The notes below the pieces were generated by a model that was given only the letters and a program-made list of their open reading frames with translations, was not told where the DNA came from and made no database searches. Below are positions 56,876 to 64,000 of a stretch of 64,000 nt of DNA, piece by piece (positions within the stretch are counted from its first letter, which is position 1; every line of letters starts with the position of its first letter). The translations under genes were made by a program, and so were the position numbers. This DNA is from Eledone cirrhosa. Taxonomy: Eukaryota. The DNA is taken from contig OZ024743.1 in assembly GCA_964016885.1 (NCBI GenBank), positions 349,432,001 to 349,496,000 of the forward strand, in the 5' to 3' direction.

Positions 56876-59800
56876 TAGAGAGAAGAGAGAGAACTTGAAA
56901 GTGACAGAGAGAGAAATAGAGAGAAGAGAGAGAACTAGAAAGTCAAAGAGATAGAGAGAAAGAGAGAGAGAGCGTGTATGTGTGTGTGTGTGTGTGTGAA
57001 AGAGAGAGGGGGAGAGAGTTTGAGCGTGATTCAGAAAATGAGAATGAAAGAAGATCTAAATGAAGAAAAATGTAGATAGTGAGTTTGTGATTGTTCGTTG
57101 TGGGAGGGACGGGGTTAAATATAATTAATGGCTATAAGGGCTCGGCCATTTTTCCAAAGTGTAATTACAGCGATAGAGCTGCAACGATCTTGAGCTATAT
57201 TTTAAACATTGTTCCGTAAATGAATTCACGGAGTAAAGGTAGGAGGGGTGTTAACGAGGAATGAGCAAACCAACTGCCGTATTAGATATCATTCTTCTAT
57301 TAATGCTTGGAAACAGATATGTTGGTTTAATCAAGAATCACGATTCGCTAGCTTCATCTATTCAAGATGTACGAAGCCATAAAATCTCGTGAAACCATCG
57401 TTAAAATGCATTTATTTCATCATAAATCCTTTAGTAGGGACCACTACTAACAAACGGTCTCCGTCTCTACTAGACAGCTTCTGCCACAGACATTTATCAC
57501 ATACATACACTCCCACTCTCTCTCCCTCTCTCTCTCACTCTCTTTCATTTATACACATTTAGTTGCATGCATAAATAGAGAACACATATATATACATGCT
57601 TACTGTTATACCTACATGCCACACTGTGAATATTATATTTATGTGTGTGTAAATTCATATATGAAATAGCATTTATATCTACATATTTAAATACATCTAT
57701 ACATATGTTCACATTTAAACCGTTACACAGATACATAATCTTTACATGAAATCACACGTATTATATATAGCATAGAAACACAGGAAAATAATTATTTCTA
57801 TGGACAAATCATTCCTCACTATTCTCAAATTCATAGAACACTGTCCAGTTCTGATCCTGTCCACAAACAACCTAGTAACACGTAAACTATAAATCGTATA
57901 TCTGTCTGAGACACAAATCTCACATTTTCGATCATTGAATAATGTTTAACGTTCAAATAACAAAGCATATTTCAACACAGCTAAAATCTTGTGTGGAATC
58001 ACTAATATTTCTCTTTTACGTTAATTTCTAAACCGTACTAACAATATCCCTTCCACAATTACGCTATTCTCATTTACTCTAATAATTGATTCAGCGTTCA
58101 GTGGTCAACACGTATGCTGCTTTTGGGATATATTTCTCACCTCAACCCTTTCAGAACTCAGTCAAGAAACTCTCTGGAAAAAATGCATACAAAGTTCTTT
58201 TGTTGTTATTGTTGTTGTTTGTTTGTGCTCCTCTCATACAGAAAACTTTGTGTCTGTTACACCATGACTGGGAAAATATTTGACTTCATACACACCTGTA
58301 AATTAAATTTTATCCAGCTATCATATGATATAATTGAAGACAAAGTCCATATTGCAACCTAAGTGTTTCTGAATCAGGAATCTTCTGGTACTTCAAGTAA
58401 ACTTATTGTTCGTAAACTTATCAGTCCTACATTTCAACCATGACCACCGTTTTGCTTATCGTTTCTTACTACAATAGCCAGTATTTCTTTCCTTTCATAT
58501 GTGTCTAGTATATAATTTGAAGTAAATTCGACTTCATTCTGTAGAAATTCCAGTTGTCTTCTTCTGGGTCTTATACTTCTTACTCGAAATTTCTTACAGT
58601 TTCTTTATGTAAGACAGTATTATTCAATTCCAGCCGTCAACCTCGTACAATTATCTAAATCACGCAGGGTACTTTACTTTAGCTAGTTTCAATTCTTTAT
58701 AAGAATATATATTCTTGACACTTTAAATGCAAAGAAAGCCATCGTTCATGAGTCTAAAGAAAAAAATAAATAGTCGGTTTCCTATTTACTTGAAATTCCG
58801 AGCTCCTATGGGATATTTGTGGTTTATATTTTCATAGCGATACTAAATCTATGCTTATCAAACATATAACATAACATTTCCGCACATATCAACACTGTGC
58901 TTGTACTTTTGACAGTATATATTTATATATTTATCTCTGCCTGTATGTCTGTCTCCCTGTCTGTCTGTATGCATGTGTGTATGATATTGTAAAAGAGTTT
59001 ATCAAGATGGTGGTATTTTGGGTAAGTGTGTGTATATGTGCATGCAGGCATATGTGCTGGAGTAGTGTGAATTTTGTTCGTGATGTTCTGTATGAGTCAG
59101 GGTGTATTATCAGTGTCTCTATGTGGGTGTGCTTGTAACTCTCTGTGCGGATATGTGTGGGTGTTTTTGTGTGTGAATGTGTGTATGTGCATCTGTGTGG
59201 GTTATCAATATATATGTGTATGTGTACTGTAAGACTTCTTATCGAGTCGCTACACCACATCATTCCAGTGTTGCGCATAGAGCCTTTCATGTGCTTTTAA
59301 GGTTTCAAGGTCGTTAAATGTGCATGAATCTTCAGCTTTCATGCAAACTAGAAGGTGCTCCATAGCATACAAATTACTCGCATTGGCAGTTGGAATCATC
59401 ATCGGTGGTATATCCCCATTTCTGAAGTTTGTCTCTGCAGGACCAACAGCTGTTGGGCATGATCAGAAGGGCCAGGCATCACTGGAGTCAGACCAGGGAT
59501 TCTGTAGGGCTGAGATATAGTCTGTGTTCCACATTGTTACGGTGGCTGCACCACAGAAACAGGCGTTGAGTAGAGGCTCTGTTGTTCAGTGATTCGACTG
59601 AGTGCAGAAAACTGTGCCTTGGCTTCAGCCATATTGACATTGATTCACACCCATGGTGTGGATGACGAAGGTCAGTTTCCTGCTTCAACTTCTCAAACAT
59701 GTATATATGTATGTATGTATATTTCTCTACATACATTTGATCTTTGTATATAAATTTTTACCTTTGCTACTTTTATGTTTCTGTTGTAGTTGGTCTCGAG

Positions 59801-59967
59801 ACAAACCACAATAGAAACACAAACACTCTATCTCAATGTTACTTTTTAAATCATAATAACTGTGAAACCGGTAAAGTAAATAAATAAATATTCTTAAAAG
59901 ACTCTAGTTGCATTTTCAATTTCTTTTCCTTACACTTTCACTCATTTTCTTATATATATACTCATTT

Positions 59968-60154
<187 letters not shown>

Positions 60155-60263
60155 TCTTCAATTTCATTATTATTACTATATATATATATATATATATTTA
60201 TAGTATTTAAGTGTTTGTGCTTTTGACTCACTGATGACGAATAAAGAACTTTTTAATATTATT

Positions 60264-60447
60264 TGGATTGGCAGTATCAGTAGAGGGTCGGACGCCATGC
60301 TTTCCAGCATAGTTACGTGCCTTTACGATCTGAGTTCAAATCCCGCCGAGGTTGACTTTGCCTTTCATCCTTACGGGGTCGATAAAATAAAGTACCAGTA
60401 ATGCACTGGGTAATTGCTAGGCTTGTGCCTAAATTAGAAACAATTAT
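60264..60447 (+). mobile_element. tRNA-derived SINE
   Basis: A-box-like tggcagtatcagtag, B-box gagttcaaatcc, AT-rich tail; second copy at 2531-2715. Confidence 0.8.
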
Positions 60448-60462
60448 TATTGTTTTCATCGA

Positions 60463-60640
60463 TCTTCTTCTTCTTCTTCTTCTTCTTCTTCTTCTTCTTC
60501 TTCTTCTTCTTCTTCTTCTTCCTCCTCTTCTTCTTCTTCTTCTTCTTCTTCTTCTTCTTCTTCTTCTTCTTCTTCTTCTTCTTCTTCTTCTTCTTCTTCT
60601 GCTGCTGCTGCTGCTTCTGCTGCTACTGCTGGTGCTGCTG

Positions 60641-60673
<33 letters not shown>

Positions 60674-60680
60674 TTACTAC
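60463..60680. repeat. Compound trinucleotide microsatellite (CTT)n-(CTG)n-(CTA)n
   Basis: Direct reading. Confidence 0.95.
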
Positions 60681-61589
60681 AAATAATAGTATTAATAGTA
60701 CTAATTCTACTTGCGATGTGTGTTATTTTCTTTTCATTCGTTTATTAAGGTGGCATCATTCAAACAAAATTATTTCAACATTACCACCATGCTCATATCT
60801 TTGCTGCCAGCATTCTAACCATCAGAATATTGCAACAAGTGAAAAATAATGTCATAAATTAGCAGTACATTTACCACTGCAATTTTTCCTCTTTTTTTTT
60901 TTTTCTAAACGCTATAACCCAACCTTCACTTCTAGTCATATCAACACTGCAAACTCAACTACATCCATATAAAAATGCGATTATATATTTTTTTTTTTTT
61001 TGTTAAAATTATTTTGTCTTTCTATTTATCCGTCATCTAACAAATCAATAAGGTTTTGTATTGTCTTGTTGTTTGTATTTGTCATGTTGCTATTGTTGTA
61101 CAGATTATTCTTACAGTTGTTGTATTTTTTGCTTGTATTTTTATTACTCTTAATGTTAAGATAGTTCATTGATATATTTCCTGAATTTTTTGTTGATATA
61201 AATTTTATTTTCTATGCCATTCAAAATGACTTTTCTCTATGTAATACTATCTTTCTTTCACTGTCTGTCTGGCTCTCTCACTAACTCCCTCTCGGTTTTA
61301 GTATAATCCCTGTCTCCCTCACACACACACACATACATATATATATATAGAGAGAGAAATATAGATATTTAAACACACACACGCACACACATATATATAT
61401 ATATACGTACGTATATATAAATGCTGCCCTATCATACAAACCTACAATCAGTAGGCACCTCTTAACCCAATGTACACCACACCCTACCCTACCCTCCCAT
61501 TTCCGTCCGTCCACTGTGTCGATGACACTACAGTCCACACTGTAAGGTGGTCGTGTAGGAGACACAGTAAAGAGGCTCCCAGTCTACAC

Positions 61590-61750
61590 GGTAAATGTGG
61601 TTGGTGTTAGGAAGGGCATCCAGCTGTAAAAGAAAACCTGCCAGAGACACTTCCGTACGAGCGAGCATTCCCGCATCAAATGGAACAACACCATCTAACC
61701 CATGCTAGCGTAGGAGATGGACGTTAAATGATGATGATGATGATGATGAC
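61590..61750 (+). mobile_element. SINE/LINE 3' tail fragment ending in (ATG)n
   Basis: ggtgttaggaagggcatccagctgtaaaa...ggacgttaaatgatgatgat, a tail type common in invertebrate SINEs. Confidence 0.5.
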
Positions 61751-62160
61751 GATATAAAGTAATCATGCTGGAACGTATCAAGATTTCGTCTTATGCATAT
61801 TTTATTCATATCGTTCATAAATTTAAAAGATAAACACATATCAACTAACATTCCATAATCTACTTTCCCACCATCACCACCTACAAAACACTACCAGCTA
61901 TTCAGTTCTTCAGTTATGTTTTATGTTCTAAACATTTTCCCCGTAGTCTGTCTCCCCATCACCAACACTCTCGCCACCTCGTCTCCATTTTCAACTTTCA
62001 GATACATTTCTATCATATATCACTATTTTATCTTCTATCGTTCTTTCAGGTTCATTCTCACTAAAAATATGATGCAGTTTCAATGCTCGCTCTTCTGCCA
62101 TATTGTTGTATATGTTTATCTTCTTCTTCTTCTTCTTCTTCTTCTTCTTCTTCTTCTTCT

Positions 62161-62279
<119 letters not shown>

Positions 62280-63386
62280 ATAATTATAGTAATCCCACGA
62301 TATCTGTATGCAGACTAGCTTCTCTGCTTTTGTATATTTCTAATCTTACCGTCCATTCAGAGTTCATAACACACGTTCCTCAGTATATTCCAACACCGTG
62401 ATCATCATCTTTTTCCATTACATCCACAACATTAGCCCCTCATGTTTTTCCACCCCACAGTCCCCAATATGCAACTCATCATTACTGCCTCCAGCATGTC
62501 ATCCCACAATACATTTGCTACCTGCTATACCAATTTATACTATTTGACATACTATCCCTTTACAATGTTGCATCTTACACTCCTTCAATCATGTCATATT
62601 TCTATAGGACGCTGACCCTCCCCGCTTCATCATGGCCATCATTACACTACACATCACATACTACTTCCATCATGTCACCCCCATATATCACCTACATCAT
62701 ATATATTCCTTCTCCATAGTCTCCATCATGTATATATTTTATATCTCCACCCCCATTGCACCTACCAATAACATTCCTCCACCATATTATCTCTCTATAA
62801 AGCCTCAATTATGTCACCTGTTCTTTATAACGCTTCCATCATGTTTGTTCATTAAATAATCTCCCCCATTCACCCACACACTACCTCCACCGTGTCACCT
62901 CTCTCTAACGCTTCCATTATGCAGTTTACTTCATTCCACTACACACTGCCTCCAAACATGTTACATCCTATGTGCAACGCCTCTATTTTGTCTCACCGTC
63001 ACACGGTCGCCATATTCACACCATACACTGTCTCTATCAATCCAGGATACACTGCCCACATCAGTCGCTCGACTTCACAATTTCTATCCTAAACATCATG
63101 TCTCTCCATTCTATCGCCTCCAACATGCCACTTCATTTCACTCCCTCAACACAACATACTTAGACATACTTAAAAAAATTCAGTGTTACAAAATAAATTG
63201 TAATAATAAAACACATTTTTTTCGATATTCAGTGCAAATAAAGCAATATATTTATTTACCACCAACACATCCATTCCTTTAATAACTAACATAATAAACA
63301 GCAGCGTTATCATCATTGCCATTACGAGCTTCATACATTCACTCACTGTTGCATCTAACATTTATATATATATATATATATATATA

Positions 63387-64000
63387 ACTGCTGGAAAGCT
63401 TCCATTACTCATACTTCTCGCCTCCTTCACCACCTCTTCTACGGCTTCGATATGAATACCCCCTCCGCCTCCGTGGTATTTTCTTCGGGGTTATAAGAGG
63501 CTTAGCTCTGTTTCTCGACCGTTATATCGCGTGACTATCTCCCCCTCCGCCTTTTGGGATTCGTTCTCACGTCGGGTAGACGCGTTCTTGAGACTAGTAA
63601 AATGAGGTATCCTCTTGATAAGTCGGCAGACCTCGCAAGGACTCTATATCTTTAAGATGTATTGTTTTTGTTTATGCCACGAAACTACGTAGTCGAGGAA
63701 TCTAGGAGCAGTTTAGGTATGATACATTTTATTACTAATTATATCTAAATGTTTCTTCTCTCTTCATAATGTATTTTTAACTCTGATACTGGTTCAGTCT
63801 AGTTCAACCGGATTGGTCTGTCCCAGTCATTCATTGAGCAACATCGGTGAAGTTGGCACCCTTAACTCACGGTTGGGTGCGGGTGCATTCATGTATATGT
63901 GTGTGTCCGCATGTATCTGTGTGTTTCTAAATATATTGTTAATAACTCCCTCTGGTCGAGCAATCTTTGAAGTGTGGGGACTGCTGGAAAGCTTCCATTA
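63387..64000 (+). repeat. Probable 593-bp tandem unit (retrozyme/pLTR-like), cut by the window end
   Basis: actgctggaaagcttccatta at 63387-63407 recurs at 63980-64000. Confidence 0.5.
63610..63699 (+). ncRNA. Type I hammerhead ribozyme motif with U3-A8 core covariation
   Basis: tcctc TTGATAA gtcggca...tgccac GAAA ctac-gtag TC gagga; stem I tcctc/gagga, palindromic stem III. Confidence 0.7.

Noticed and set aside
62400-63170. C/A/T-skewed region with short ORFs
   Set aside because: Low-complexity strand skew without a recognisable periodic unit or protein motif

Overview
AT-rich, microsatellite-dense eukaryotic (animal) DNA with no recognisable host protein-coding gene. The (TA)n/(CA)n/(GA)n load and the SINE types suggest a cephalopod such as octopus, which is an inference. 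The dominant feature is a ~25.7 kb array (18357-44111) of six non-LTR retrotransposons strung through an (AAT)n microsatellite. Four are Tx1/L1-clade elements (APE+RT, all on the - strand) and two are R4/Dong-clade elements (RT+RLE, both on the + strand). All four Tx1 copies keep a perfect GGTAAGT splice-donor motif at the ORF1 stop, in two different reading frames, and two copies have near-identical ORF2 but very different ORF1/5'UTR. The flanks hold at least four decayed Penelope-like elements and many hammerhead-ribozyme motifs, including core variants and a pair inside a perfect 442-bp palindrome. There are also tRNA-derived SINEs, an RTE fragment, a young non-autonomous LTR element and several fold-back repeats. 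All alignments and RNA folds were done by eye.
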